A DNA stretch of 64,000 nucleotides, taken from IMG/VR virus record IMGVR_UViG_3300031998_000039, positions 1 through 64,000 of that record; one strand, given 5' to 3'. Below, one piece after another: positions 18,026-29,717 of the stretch (position 1 is the stretch's first letter; each line of letters opens with the position of its first letter). Both the position numbers and the translations under genes were made by a program. Below the pieces are notes generated by a model that had not been told where the DNA came from, did no database searches, and saw only the letters and a program-made list of their open reading frames with translations. Origin of the DNA: a virus (Duplodnaviria; Caudoviricetes).

Positions 18026-18514
18026 ATGGCAGATGATAAATTAAAAAAACGTATACAAAAAAGAGCAGAACAAATTTTGCATGATAAAATAAAACCTATT
18101 GTTAAACAATTAATAAAAGATGTCAATCAAGAAGTTAAATTAGCCATAGAGCGATTTTATGATGATCAATTTGATACATTTTATAATAGTGATTTTACAC
18201 CAAAAACTTATGTAAGACAATATGGTATGCAGGATATGTATCGTATAACAACTAAAAGAACTCCATTGGGTTATATTATAACATATAGGTTTGCTGCTGA
18301 TTTGGAAACAGCGCAGCATACTAGATGGAGTGGAAAAGCTGATGGCGCAAATGAAGCCGTATTTAATCTTAACTTTATGTATGGTTATCATGGTGGATAT
18401 ATGTTAGATAAGGATAATCCTAAAGGATGGAGATATCCTAGAATACGAACAATTCCATCTCCTTATGAACAAATCAAAGATTATATAGATAATTATAAGA
18501 TTCCGGAGGTATAA
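18026..18514 (+). CDS. Putative tail completion/neck protein
   Basis: SD GAGGTG before ATG 18026; P..Y.R motif; directly upstream of the tape measure. Confidence 0.5.
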   Translation: MADDKLKKRIQKRAEQILHDKIKPIVKQLIKDVNQEVKLAIERFYDDQFDTFYNSDFTPKTYVRQYGMQDMYRITTKRTPLGYIITYRFAADLETAQHTRWSGKADGANEAVFNLNFMYGYHGGYMLDKDNPKGWRYPRIRTIPSPYEQIKDYIDNYKIPEV

Positions 18515-18516
18515 TT

Positions 18517-21500
18517 ATGGCACGTAAGAAAAACGAAGCGGTTATTCCGATTACTGTTGAAGCGACAGGAAAAGGCATAAATGAAGCCATGCAAGAGGCT
18601 GAGAAACTAGAAAAACAAACTAAAAAAACCAAAAAACAAACTAAAGAATTAAAAGATTCTTTGGCTCAAACTGGTGATGGCGCGAAACAGGCGGCTAAAG
18701 GAGTGCAAATTCTTGATGATCAAATGAAAGATTTTGCAGATAATCTTAAAGCTGTAAAAGAAGCCTTAGAAGATATTCATAAATTATTAGGTGAAAAAGG
18801 AATAACTTTTAATACTGAAAAAATACAAGAACAAATTGGGAAATTAAAAACAGAATTTGCCAGTTTAAATACAACTATAAATTCTGCATTTAAAGATGAT
18901 GCCAGCACGGACAATTGGATACGTAGATTGACCAAGGTTGCTGGTGATATAAGGAATATACGTTTTAGATTATTTGGTGATGACAAGGTTCCGCAAGAAA
19001 CCATTAAGGTAAAGTTAGCATCTATTGATAAAGATGATAACCCCGTAGCGGATATTGTTAATTCATTAAAAGAAATTAAGAAGTTCCAAATTCCATTAGA
19101 ACCAATTAATCAATTGTTAGCTAAACTTAATGAAATATCACGAGTAATAACTGATATTATGGTTGGATTACGGTTAGATAGTAAATTGCCAACTGCAGTT
19201 ATTAAAGATGAATTAACAGAAGTTAAAACCCAACTTGACGCTATTAATAAAGAAGCTAATAAATATGAAAAAACACTTTCTCGTCTTACAGGTATAACTA
19301 AAAACAAAAATGTTGATGAAAATGGAAAAGAAACTGTAACTGAAATATTTCATACTAATGCTTTAGTTAAAACAGCAAAACAGGTATATACTAAAGATAA
19401 ACCAGATCAAAAGGATATTCAAGCTCTTGAAAAAGAAATTATTAAATTATTGCAGTTTGGCGCCGATTTAGAAAATGTAAATGTTAAAGTTGGCAAATCA
19501 GCAACAAATTATTTTCAGATTGTAAAATCTATGTTTAAAAATTATTCTACCAGCATGATGCCTCAAGGCAGTGGTGGATTAAAAGATTATTTATCTGAAT
19601 TTTTTGATTATGCTGTTTCAAAAGATAGCGCAAATCCTTCTATTCTATTAAAAAATCAAAAAGTATACGAAGAAACATTTGCTAAGACATATAAAAATCT
19701 TTTAAAACAAAAGGAATATTATACTAAACAATTATCTTTTGCAGAAGCCAGAGACGCTACGCCTTCTGTTATTGCGTATGATGAAGATACAGTAAAAGCA
19801 ATGGCTAATGCGTTAGGCAATTTAGGAACTAATGTAACGCAAACCGCTAATCAGGTTTCTACAGTAACACAATTTAGTCAAGAACAATTAACGCAACTGG
19901 TTGGCGGATTATCTGCTATTGTAGAGTGGTTAGAAAAGATTAATACAGCGCTTGGTGAATTAGGTACTAAAACTGATATTTTTAATAATTTGCCGACTTT
20001 TAATATTAACGAGCAGGATCAAATAGATGATTTAGCACAAGCTGTTGCTGATAAAAACAAAGAATATTTAAAATTTTTAGAGCAAACTAATATAGTAACA
20101 AATTCAATTCTTGATAGTATTAAAAATATTACTATTGCAGCAAAAGATTTGGATTTATCTGATTTGTTTAAAAATTTTACAGGGACACAGCCTGCAAATG
20201 GCTCTGCTAATGATTTAATACAATCATTAAAAGACATTCAAGCTGCAGAAAAGAAAGTTGTAATTGGTAAAAAGAAATTTAGTGAACAGGCTGAAGAAAT
20301 TCGTAATCTTGCTCAAGCTTATGCAAAATATAAAGCTTTAGGTGGAACTGAATCTATCGCAGATATGACTAAAAAGCGAGGATTGGCTTCGCGTGTTGAA
20401 CAGGAATATATAAAATTGGCTTCTCAAAGTCAAGACATTTCTATACCTGTTAATATTGTTCCTAAGTTAACTGATGATTTTGATGCACAATTGCAAAAAT
20501 TAATTGATTTACAATCTTCAGATATAGATATAAACATTAAGCCTAACATATCAGATGTTGTAAATGATTTTATTAAACCAATTATGGTTGCTGTTGAAGG
20601 ACATCCTGTAGAAGTAGAGGTTGCTCCTATTGTAGATCAGTTTATTAAGGATATTCAGGCAGCATTAACAAAGTCATTGGATTTATCTTCAATAAAAGAA
20701 TTAACAGCGTCAATTGAGAATGCACTTAAGGCTGAACAAATTCCTGTACATTTAGATCCTGTTATTGATGACTTAATATCCAAAATAAAATCAACGTTAG
20801 CAAAAAGAGAGTTTGGTATTCAATTAAAACCTATTGTTAACAATTTTATACAAAATATTAAAGTTGCATTAGACAAGAAACAAGTTCCTGTTAATATTAA
20901 GCCTGTAGTAGGCAAAGAATTTAATGATGAATTAAAAAAGAAATTAGAAAATAAAAAGCCCGGAGTTAGTATTACTCCAAATAATATCAGCGAATTTGTT
21001 AAAAAGCTACAATCTTCTTTAGATAAAAAAGTTGTTAAAATAAAAGTTGAACCAATATTAAAAGATTTTATTAAACGGTGTAAAGAAATATTATCTGGCA
21101 AATATGTTCCAGTAAATTTTAAACCGCAAAATCCTATACATAATAATGGCAAACCTTTTAACAATCAAGAGATGCAGCAGTTGTTAGATGACGAAACGAC
21201 TAATAAATCTCAAAAAACAACATCAATGGTTAACGGACATATTGTTAGTGGCAAAGTCGTTACTGATGATAATGGTGTTAAAAGGACATATACCGTTGAC
21301 CAATTTGGTAATGAAAAAGTAACAGAACAAACTGTTAACAAAGAAAAACAAATTGAAAAAGAATATAAAGAAATTTTATCTAATTATAATCAGATTCTTC
21401 AATTAAAACGTCAAATGAAGAATCAAACAGAAAAAGAAGCTGAAGTAACAAAACAAATTATTAGTGAACTAACAGAAACTACAGAAGCGCAATATAATGC

Positions 21501-24500
21501 TTTAGATAAGTCTGGACTTTCAAATAATAAAACAAAAAAGATTAATCATGTTCAACGTATGATTCAAGGCGTTGAAGTAGATAATGAGTATGCTCGACAA
21601 AATGCAGCAATGCAATATAATGCTTTATTTAAAAAGGTATCAAATTTAATTAATAATCCATTATTATTTAGAGATCAAAATAATTATGATGTATTTAAAA
21701 ATGAATTTAATAATAAAGGATTTGAACTCTTTAATGCCGATGAATCTACTACGGAAAATATTAAGAAGCAAACCCAAGCATTAAAAGCATTATTTGCTAC
21801 ATATGAAAAGAGTGGTAATTTTACTAAGTTATTAAGAGATTACGAAGATCTTAATAAATTTATGAGTGACAATACTGCCCTTTCTGGAGAATTAAAACAG
21901 CGTTTCCAAGCTTTATTGGATGAAATGAAGCATTTTATTGATTTAGGATCTATTCCTCCTGAAGTATTAAAACAATTAAATGATTCAATGATAAAACTTC
22001 GTACAGAAGCTAAAGCAACTGGAAATGTTGGTGATACATTTTTTACTACATTTAAGAAACATTTAAAGAGTATTAATGCACAATTTATTGCTCAATATTT
22101 TAGTATTCAAGATTGGATAAGATATATAAGAAGTGCAGTCAGTGCGGTAACTGAACTCGATTCTGCATTAAATCAGTTAAAAATTATCAGTAATGAAACT
22201 GATATGGCGCTGCAGGGAATTGCTAAGAATGCGTATTCTCTTGCTAATAACTTAGGTATGACTACAACTGAGGTTATATCTTCTGTTACCGAATGGCGTA
22301 GATTAGGTAAGTCAATGGAAGATTCCATGATACTTGCTGAACAGGCTGCAAGACTTTCAACTGGTGGTATGATGGATATTAATGCCGCTACGACATCTCT
22401 TATCTCTTCGATGGAAGCGTTTAAGCTGGGCGCCGATGAAGTGGGTAAAGTTGTTGATCAGTATATCTATCTTGGTAACAACTATGCAATATCGTCGGAG
22501 CAGCTTGCTACTTCTTTAACTAAATCAATGGCAGCATTGAAAGTTGCGGGCAATTCACTGGAAGAAATTGAAGCTCTTGAAGTTGCTGGTAATACGATGG
22601 TTCAGGATTCGGATGTTGTTAGTAATGCTTTGAAAGTTTTAAGCATGAGACTTCGTGGCACTACTGGTTCTGCACTTGAAGAAATTGGTGAAGATACTGA
22701 AGGACTTATTGAAAACTTTTCAAAGCTAAACAATAAAATTCAAGCATTAACTAAAACTGTAAGTAATCCTGCAGGTGTTAGTATTGTTGATAAGATGACT
22801 GGTGGGTATAAGAGTACATATCAAATCTTATTAGAGATTTCAAAGGTTTGGCAGGATATTGGCGACATGCAAAAAGCTGAACTGCTTGAAATTATGGCAG
22901 GTAAAGTAAGAGCAACAGCGGCCGCTGCTATTCTTGAAAGACCTGATTTGCTTGAATCTGTTTATGAAGACGCTATGAAAAATGCGTCCGGAGCTGGTGA
23001 ACGTGCAGTTACAATTTCTATGGAATCTATAGAAAAGAAAGTCAACGTTCTTAAAAATAATTTAAGTCAGCTTTCAAGGGATGTTATTGATTCGGATTCT
23101 GTTAAGAAACTTATTGATTCATTAAATGAACTTATACAAGGAATCAGAGAGGCAGGGCAGGATTTGGCTCCTGTTATGTCGGGATTGATGGAGATTTTAA
23201 ATCTTGTAGTTAAGATAGCCAGTATTGCTCCGACGGGTACATTAGTTGGTGCATTATTTGCTAAAAAGAAGATTTTTAATTCTAATAGTGATTTGTTTAG
23301 CAAATTAAACTTTACAAAAATTTTTAAAAGCGATTTACAAGTTATTGAGGGAGCAGTTGAAGGTACTAATACTTATGCTGAAGCATGTGAACGACTTAAT
23401 GATTCTATGGAAGAGTTGTCTCCTGCTACTCAGGCTTTTGTACGTACTCAAATTGCAACTAATGAATCAACGCAGGATGTTGTAAAAGCATGCAAGAAAC
23501 AGGCTGTTGCAACTAAGGCATTAAGTATTGCTCAAGGTTTATTAAATACAGCGTTAAGTATTGGTCTTTCATTACTTGTTTCATATGTGGTGCAGGGAAT
23601 AAGTTCTTTAATTCATTATGAAGAAAATGCAAGAAAGAAAACACGCGAAATGCTTGATGAACTTCAGGCATCTACGGATGAGTATAAGAAACAATCAGAT
23701 GCTCTTAAAGACCTTATTACAAAATACAAAGAATATAATGACACATTACAAGACAACAACTTAACAGAATCTGAGATATATTCTATTAAGCAAGACTTGT
23801 ATGATTTGCAAGAAGATATTAATAATCAATATGGTGATACGGCTAATGGTATTGATCTTGTAAATGGCAAATACAAAGAGACTCTTGGGTTACTTGAAGA
23901 AATTGAAAAACAAGAAAGAGATAGATATATTGCACAAAATGCGGGTAAATATGAGGAAGCTCAAATAACAGCAAGTAACAGAAAATTTATGGATGAATTA
24001 ATGATGTCATCTGCATTTTCAGGATGGGGATTAAGTATTCCCACAAGGATAATGTCTACTCTGTTACAAAATTACGGGTTTGATTTAGCAAATGGTTCGG
24101 CTCAGGAATTTAAAGATGTAATTGACGAAATCGTCTCTGATTATCAAGATAAGACTAAATTAACACCAGAAATGATTGCTAATATGGCAGGGTTGAGTGA
24201 GGACAGAGTAGATGCAATTCGTGAAATGTTTGATGGTCTTGTTGTAAAATGGGGAGAGATTGTTAATAATAAAGAAAGTTATTTGAATGAAGAAATAGAT
24301 GCTAGTCAGATTGTTAAAGACTATGAAACATATTTAACTGCTAACAATCCTGCATATTCTGCGTTGTACGATGTTCTTAGTGATTATGTTAAGAAGTTAA
24401 ATTCTGCACAAATTACGGGTGATAAAGCTGAATATCAGAAACTTTATAAAATAACGGAAGATTATCTTAAAGGCGCATCGGGTATTATACCTTATGAAAG

Positions 24501-27500
24501 TATTCTTAATGATTTTAAATCTCAGATTGATAAAATTAATACCGCCTATGAAAACCAGATTGCTCAGGAAAATGCAGAGGCGCAAAGCATCAGAGAAAGA
24601 GCCGAACATATTTTAAATGCAAAGATTTTAGGCTGGGATAACGGCAAACGGACGAGTACGCAATTTACTCATATGGGCGCCGAAATTGATACAAAGTCTG
24701 GATTTGCTATATTAAATTGGCATGTTCAGGAAATCAGAAAAGCTTTTGAGGATTTAAAGGTTGATACTTGGGAAGAAATTAATCTTTTTGATGATGTCAT
24801 TAAAGAAGCGGTTGACGCTGGAATGCGTGACATAAATGATTTGTTCGATTTGTATAAGAAAAGATTAAAAGAATTAAATACAGTCAAGACTGAAGTGTTT
24901 GATTATGCCGATTGGCTTAATAAAGATTCAGGTGTTAAAAATGGCGATACTGCATATTCAAATAATAATCTAATTACAGCTTATAAAAGTAGCATTGGTC
25001 AACTAACTGATTTTATTAAAAATAATAAAGAGGGACAGGTTGATGTAGACTTTGGTGATATTGTACGTATTACATCAAGTGATGAGCTTTTTAAAGCCTT
25101 AAATATGGACGGGTTTGATAAATATATCAAACAGTTTGGCGAAAGCTACATGGCGATTTTTGCTTATATTAACGATGCAGAGGAAAGTCTAACAAAGAGT
25201 CTTGATATGAACACAAGAGACAAGAATCTTTTATTAAAAACTCTTAATAATATTAAGACTGAGGCTCTTGGTGGCAGTAATAGTATTTATAAGCTTCGTG
25301 ATTCTTACATGGAATTACAGGGGGCAACTTCAACTCCAATTGGAGAGTCAATCAAAAAATTAAACCAAGAAGAAAAACTGACCTATCAGGAAATGCTTAA
25401 TATTATTAATAAGTATCCTGAATTAAAAGAAGCGGTTGTGCAATATTCAGACGGTACTTATAGCATTCAGAAAGAGAATATTGATAATTTAATTGAATCA
25501 TATGCAAATATGTCTAATGAATATATTTCATATATGACTGATATGTATAAGGCAACAATTCAATTGTCGTGGGCGCAACAGGGATTTAATAAAACCATTG
25601 ATGACGCACAAAAGATTTATCATGAAGCTCTTGAAAAACAAGTTCCACTTGATAATTTGTTTGGCGAAAATACTGGCAAAATTATTGAAGCTATAAAATT
25701 CCTTGAGGAGTTTGAATGGCTTGGTGAAAAAAATGAGCCTGATAACGCTACGTATTTAAATTATACTGAATGGCTTGGACGCAGCTCAAACCTTGTTAAA
25801 GATTCAAAGAGTGGAGAAAAATATCTTAATAACGAATTGATTTCTACATATCAATCTGCTATAGCTGATTTTAAGCAGTTCTTGGAAGAAAATGAACAAG
25901 GTGAAATTGAAATCAATCTTGGTAAAGTTGCAACCTATGTTGGCAATACCGAATTATTCAAACAGCTTGGCATGGACGCCTTTGAAACCTATGTTGAAGC
26001 GTTTACAGACGAATCAGGTAATATTGATAAAGCTAATTTGCTTGGTACATATATTAAAGATGTCTTTGCAAAAGCTATTCGTAGCGTAAGTTCAGAAGAA
26101 TTAACTGAAGAAGGTTATGCATTATTAACTCAGGCATTTGATAATATTAATTCTGAAATCTTTGGTGTATCAGAAAACGTATTTAAGATTGAAGAATCTT
26201 ATTGGGAACTTCGTAAATTACAAGAAGATGTAAACAAAGGTGTATCCTTTACTCAAGAAGAAGCCGAAGATTATATGAACAAATATGGCGAATTATATGG
26301 AGCCATAGAGTCTGTAACTAAGGAAATAGATAAGGAAACTGGCGAAATAATTAAGATGTATAAATTCCAAGAAGGCAGTATTGATTCTTTAGTTGGGAAA
26401 TATGCATCACTTTCTAATGAAGCCATTACATCACTTAAAGATCAAAGTAAGTATTTTACTGAAACCATAAAATATCTTCGACAGATGCAGATTGAACTTG
26501 TACAGGCAACTGTTGATGCGGCAATGTTAAGAGCAGGATTACCTTTTAATGTTGATTTAAAAGCAATGATGAATACCGATGCTAATCAAGCAGATATAGG
26601 TCGTGCCATTGCTGAATCAATGAAAGGCTTAGATGAAGAAACCCAAAAAAGTATAAATAGAATCATTAGTGAAGGACAACAGCGCGTATGGAATATTATG
26701 CATGGTTCCGAACTTGATTTAAAACAGGGTGATGGTTCTGCAACGGGTGCTGGTGGCGATAAGGACAAGGACAACAAATCCCAATACGACTGGCTCGACT
26801 CCTATCTTGATAAGCGTAACCGCGCCCTTCAAGAAGAACAGACTGCATATGATAGACTTACCAATCAAGTAATCAAAAAAGGCGATATCGAAACCGAGTA
26901 TAATAAACTTCAGAACGAATCTCTTTATGAACAGAATAAACTTCTTAACGACCAGATACTTGCATATAGTGAAGCCGAAAAAGAATACGGAAGACGTATG
27001 AATGAAGGCTTGTTATATGATAATTTGGTAGAAGCGTTTGGTAATGACAAGAGTAAGGCAGATGAGATTGTTCAAAAGATAATTAATCGTGAAGATATTG
27101 CTCTTGAAGAATACACTTCTGACCAAGCATCGGCAATCTCCGCAATGGCTGACAACTATAATAAACAGCTTGATGCGGCTGACAAGAAGCTTGAGGCTCA
27201 AAATACCAAGCGTGAAAACTTACTTAAGATGTTCACCAATAACATCGAGTTTATCACAAAGAAATTTGACCACGCTCTTAACGAGTTTGCTCAAAGACAG
27301 GCACAACTTGAGCATTATCAATCAATGCGTACTAATTCAGGTATGATGGAAAATCAGAAGTTATATCTTGCACTGCTTGATAACGAAAGTCGTGAACTTG
27401 AAGCTAATATACAAAAGCGTAATGAACTGATGAACACGCTCAATACACTGCAACCTTATACAGAAGCAGAAATTGAGGAATGGTGGAATACCAAAGAAGC

Positions 27501-29355
27501 AATTGACGCAACCACTCAGGCAATCTGGGAAAGTGAAGAAGCAATTGTTTCATACCAAAAGAGTATGCGTCAGCTTTCTTGGGATCTTAATGATAAGATA
27601 AGAGACATTACGGGTAATGTTCGTAATGAAACTTCGTTCTTAATTGATACGTTAGGCACGTTTGAGAAAGACATGTATTCTTATGAGAGAGATTTCTTAG
27701 GAAATGATGCAGAGAAGACAAAGATATATAACGGACAGATGTCTGACCAAGGTCTTGCTACTCTCGCACTCCGTAGGGTAAATGCCAAAGCTTATCGTGA
27801 AGATATCGAACGTATCAATAAAGAGATTGAAGACGCTCAAGAAGAATATCTGAAGAACACTGCCGATGTTGATGCTCTTGATAGGCTTAACAATTTGATT
27901 AGCGAAAGAAATAATCTTATCCAATCATATAACGATGAGCGAGAAGCTATATTAGCACTTGTTAAGGACGGATATGATAAGCAATTGCAGAGCCTGCAGG
28001 CAATTACAGATAAGTATATGGAAGCTAAACAAGCCGAAAAAGACTTATACGAGTATCAGAAGAATATTGCAAAGCAGACAAAGAATGTCGCAAACATTAG
28101 AAAGCAGATGCAGGCGTATGCCGGTGATATGTCTGAAGAAGCCCGTGCAAAGTTGCAAACTCTTAATGTCCAGCTTGAGGAAGCTGAAGAGGGACTTGCA
28201 GATACACAATATGATCGTCAATTACAAGACCAGCAACGCATCTTCGATCATCTCTATCAAAGCCTTGAAGATTTCTTCAATGATAAACTTGAACATCCTG
28301 AACAAATACTTAAGTCAACCGAAAAACTTGTTAATGACAACATGCCTAAGATTAAAGATACCTTGAATAATTCGTTGAGTTTCTACAAGACAAATATTTC
28401 AAAGAGTCTTGATAATATTTTAGGAGCAAATGGAATTGGTAAGATAGCAAGCAATATAGCTACAGTTGATGGTGATATAAAGGGTATTAAATCAAGTGTA
28501 AATTCTACTGGTGCAGATTTAAAGCATTATCTTGAAGAAAACAATCTGAAGAAACAAAAAGAAGAAACTATTTATGAAAGAATAGCTGATCTTTACAATG
28601 AAGATAATATGTTTGGTAAAAACTTTAGAAGTTTTAATACCAAACTTGACGAGATCAATGAATCTATTCAAGCTATTGATAAAGATAATAAAGAGGAAAA
28701 GAAAAAGAAAGAATCTGAAACAGAATCAGAAGCTACTACTACAACCACAACTTCCACTTTGAAAAACCAGACAACTGGACTTAATGGGATGAAATATGTT
28801 AGTGGCAAGTGGGAAGTTAATTTGTCAGAAGCTAAAGATGTTCTTGAAAGTTTAGGTCTTGAGGATTTCAAAGAATCACTTTATAGAGGTCACGTATATG
28901 ATTCATGGCTTGAATCACATCATATTGTTGTAGTAGATGATAGGCATAAGAAACGTGCAAAGGGCGCAAAGAAAATCTCAAGCAATGAACTTGCGTGGAC
29001 GCAGGAAAACGGTCTTGAAGCAATTCTTCGTCCTACCGATAATGCTATTCTTACACCTCTTAAAGCTGGCGATTCTGTACTTACAGCAGAAGCAACACAA
29101 ACACTTTGGGATTTTGCTAACAATCCTTTAGCGTTCATGAAACAGAATATGGGTATGACAACTGTATCTAAGAGTGCAGGAGTCACATTCAATAATTCTA
29201 TGTCACCCACGATTGTGGTTAATGGTGTATCAAATGCTAATGAGTTCATCCGTGAACTTCAGAAGAATAAGCAGTTTGAATCTATGATTCAAGATATGAC
29301 AATCAACCAGATGAATGGTGGCAATTCGTTAGCAAAGTTAAAATATAAGTTTTAA
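18517..29355 (+). CDS. Tape measure protein (3612 aa)
   Basis: Very long helical ORF; TMP core (VTELDSAL..LGNNYAISS..NALKVLSMRLRG..KSTYQILLEIS..LLEIMAGK); followed by Dit and Tal. Confidence 0.92.
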   Translation: MARKKNEAVIPITVEATGKGINEAMQEAEKLEKQTKKTKKQTKELKDSLAQTGDGAKQAAKGVQILDDQMKDFADNLKAVKEALEDIHKLLGEKGITFNTEKIQEQIGKLKTEFASLNTTINSAFKDDASTDNWIRRLTKVAGDIRNIRFRLFGDDKVPQETIKVKLASIDKDDNPVADIVNSLKEIKKFQIPLEPINQLLAKLNEISRVITDIMVGLRLDSKLPTAVIKDELTEVKTQLDAINKEANKYEKTLSRLTGITKNKNVDENGKETVTEIFHTNALVKTAKQVYTKDKPDQKDIQALEKEIIKLLQFGADLENVNVKVGKSATNYFQIVKSMFKNYSTSMMPQGSGGLKDYLSEFFDYAVSKDSANPSILLKNQKVYEETFAKTYKNLLKQKEYYTKQLSFAEARDATPSVIAYDEDTVKAMANALGNLGTNVTQTANQVSTVTQFSQEQLTQLVGGLSAIVEWLEKINTALGELGTKTDIFNNLPTFNINEQDQIDDLAQAVADKNKEYLKFLEQTNIVTNSILDSIKNITIAAKDLDLSDLFKNFTGTQPANGSANDLIQSLKDIQAAEKKVVIGKKKFSEQAEEIRNLAQAYAKYKALGGTESIADMTKKRGLASRVEQEYIKLASQSQDISIPVNIVPKLTDDFDAQLQKLIDLQSSDIDINIKPNISDVVNDFIKPIMVAVEGHPVEVEVAPIVDQFIKDIQAALTKSLDLSSIKELTASIENALKAEQIPVHLDPVIDDLISKIKSTLAKREFGIQLKPIVNNFIQNIKVALDKKQVPVNIKPVVGKEFNDELKKKLENKKPGVSITPNNISEFVKKLQSSLDKKVVKIKVEPILKDFIKRCKEILSGKYVPVNFKPQNPIHNNGKPFNNQEMQQLLDDETTNKSQKTTSMVNGHIVSGKVVTDDNGVKRTYTVDQFGNEKVTEQTVNKEKQIEKEYKEILSNYNQILQLKRQMKNQTEKEAEVTKQIISELTETTEAQYNALDKSGLSNNKTKKINHVQRMIQGVEVDNEYARQNAAMQYNALFKKVSNLINNPLLFRDQNNYDVFKNEFNNKGFELFNADESTTENIKKQTQALKALFATYEKSGNFTKLLRDYEDLNKFMSDNTALSGELKQRFQALLDEMKHFIDLGSIPPEVLKQLNDSMIKLRTEAKATGNVGDTFFTTFKKHLKSINAQFIAQYFSIQDWIRYIRSAVSAVTELDSALNQLKIISNETDMALQGIAKNAYSLANNLGMTTTEVISSVTEWRRLGKSMEDSMILAEQAARLSTGGMMDINAATTSLISSMEAFKLGADEVGKVVDQYIYLGNNYAISSEQLATSLTKSMAALKVAGNSLEEIEALEVAGNTMVQDSDVVSNALKVLSMRLRGTTGSALEEIGEDTEGLIENFSKLNNKIQALTKTVSNPAGVSIVDKMTGGYKSTYQILLEISKVWQDIGDMQKAELLEIMAGKVRATAAAAILERPDLLESVYEDAMKNASGAGERAVTISMESIEKKVNVLKNNLSQLSRDVIDSDSVKKLIDSLNELIQGIREAGQDLAPVMSGLMEILNLVVKIASIAPTGTLVGALFAKKKIFNSNSDLFSKLNFTKIFKSDLQVIEGAVEGTNTYAEACERLNDSMEELSPATQAFVRTQIATNESTQDVVKACKKQAVATKALSIAQGLLNTALSIGLSLLVSYVVQGISSLIHYEENARKKTREMLDELQASTDEYKKQSDALKDLITKYKEYNDTLQDNNLTESEIYSIKQDLYDLQEDINNQYGDTANGIDLVNGKYKETLGLLEEIEKQERDRYIAQNAGKYEEAQITASNRKFMDELMMSSAFSGWGLSIPTRIMSTLLQNYGFDLANGSAQEFKDVIDEIVSDYQDKTKLTPEMIANMAGLSEDRVDAIREMFDGLVVKWGEIVNNKESYLNEEIDASQIVKDYETYLTANNPAYSALYDVLSDYVKKLNSAQITGDKAEYQKLYKITEDYLKGASGIIPYESILNDFKSQIDKINTAYENQIAQENAEAQSIRERAEHILNAKILGWDNGKRTSTQFTHMGAEIDTKSGFAILNWHVQEIRKAFEDLKVDTWEEINLFDDVIKEAVDAGMRDINDLFDLYKKRLKELNTVKTEVFDYADWLNKDSGVKNGDTAYSNNNLITAYKSSIGQLTDFIKNNKEGQVDVDFGDIVRITSSDELFKALNMDGFDKYIKQFGESYMAIFAYINDAEESLTKSLDMNTRDKNLLLKTLNNIKTEALGGSNSIYKLRDSYMELQGATSTPIGESIKKLNQEEKLTYQEMLNIINKYPELKEAVVQYSDGTYSIQKENIDNLIESYANMSNEYISYMTDMYKATIQLSWAQQGFNKTIDDAQKIYHEALEKQVPLDNLFGENTGKIIEAIKFLEEFEWLGEKNEPDNATYLNYTEWLGRSSNLVKDSKSGEKYLNNELISTYQSAIADFKQFLEENEQGEIEINLGKVATYVGNTELFKQLGMDAFETYVEAFTDESGNIDKANLLGTYIKDVFAKAIRSVSSEELTEEGYALLTQAFDNINSEIFGVSENVFKIEESYWELRKLQEDVNKGVSFTQEEAEDYMNKYGELYGAIESVTKEIDKETGEIIKMYKFQEGSIDSLVGKYASLSNEAITSLKDQSKYFTETIKYLRQMQIELVQATVDAAMLRAGLPFNVDLKAMMNTDANQADIGRAIAESMKGLDEETQKSINRIISEGQQRVWNIMHGSELDLKQGDGSATGAGGDKDKDNKSQYDWLDSYLDKRNRALQEEQTAYDRLTNQVIKKGDIETEYNKLQNESLYEQNKLLNDQILAYSEAEKEYGRRMNEGLLYDNLVEAFGNDKSKADEIVQKIINREDIALEEYTSDQASAISAMADNYNKQLDAADKKLEAQNTKRENLLKMFTNNIEFITKKFDHALNEFAQRQAQLEHYQSMRTNSGMMENQKLYLALLDNESRELEANIQKRNELMNTLNTLQPYTEAEIEEWWNTKEAIDATTQAIWESEEAIVSYQKSMRQLSWDLNDKIRDITGNVRNETSFLIDTLGTFEKDMYSYERDFLGNDAEKTKIYNGQMSDQGLATLALRRVNAKAYREDIERINKEIEDAQEEYLKNTADVDALDRLNNLISERNNLIQSYNDEREAILALVKDGYDKQLQSLQAITDKYMEAKQAEKDLYEYQKNIAKQTKNVANIRKQMQAYAGDMSEEARAKLQTLNVQLEEAEEGLADTQYDRQLQDQQRIFDHLYQSLEDFFNDKLEHPEQILKSTEKLVNDNMPKIKDTLNNSLSFYKTNISKSLDNILGANGIGKIASNIATVDGDIKGIKSSVNSTGADLKHYLEENNLKKQKEETIYERIADLYNEDNMFGKNFRSFNTKLDEINESIQAIDKDNKEEKKKKESETESEATTTTTTSTLKNQTTGLNGMKYVSGKWEVNLSEAKDVLESLGLEDFKESLYRGHVYDSWLESHHIVVVDDRHKKRAKGAKKISSNELAWTQENGLEAILRPTDNAILTPLKAGDSVLTAEATQTLWDFANNPLAFMKQNMGMTTVSKSAGVTFNNSMSPTIVVNGVSNANEFIRELQKNKQFESMIQDMTINQMNGGNSLAKLKYKF

Positions 29356-29360
29356 TTATA

Positions 29361-29400
29361 ACCGCATGGCATGTCATAGTGTCATGCGGTATTTCTTTTT
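29361..29400 (+). terminator. Rho-independent terminator
   Basis: ACCGCATGGCA/TGTCATGCGGT followed by a T-rich tract. Confidence 0.75.
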
Positions 29401-29417
29401 ATTCGAGGAGGACAACA

Positions 29418-29708
29418 ATGACACACAAGGATAGACAGGCTCGTATGATGGACGAGTTAAAGGAAGAACTTGCAAAAGTTAAATTAGAAAATAATGAGTT
29501 GCTCGACAAGTGTTTGGAACAGGATGTTGAACAATCCGAACTTATCGAAACTCTTAAGCAGATAAATAAAGAATGGGGCGAGGCTTTGCAGGATATCAAA
29601 AAGGCTCGTGACGAATATTGGCAACTGGTCAAGGAACTGACAGAGTTCCGTAATAAGATGATAGGCAGTACAAGGTTACAACGCAAGGTTAACAAATTAC
29701 TGCCGTAA
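29418..29708 (+). CDS. Coiled-coil hypothetical protein
   Basis: SD GAGGAGG before ATG 29418. Confidence 0.7.
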   Translation: MTHKDRQARMMDELKEELAKVKLENNELLDKCLEQDVEQSELIETLKQINKEWGEALQDIKKARDEYWQLVKELTEFRNKMIGSTRLQRKVNKLLP

Positions 29709-29717
29709 GGAGGTATT

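Noticed and set aside
17963-18516. Tail-chaperone programmed -1 frameshift upstream of the tape measure
   Set aside because: No overlapping ORF pair or convincing slippery site identified
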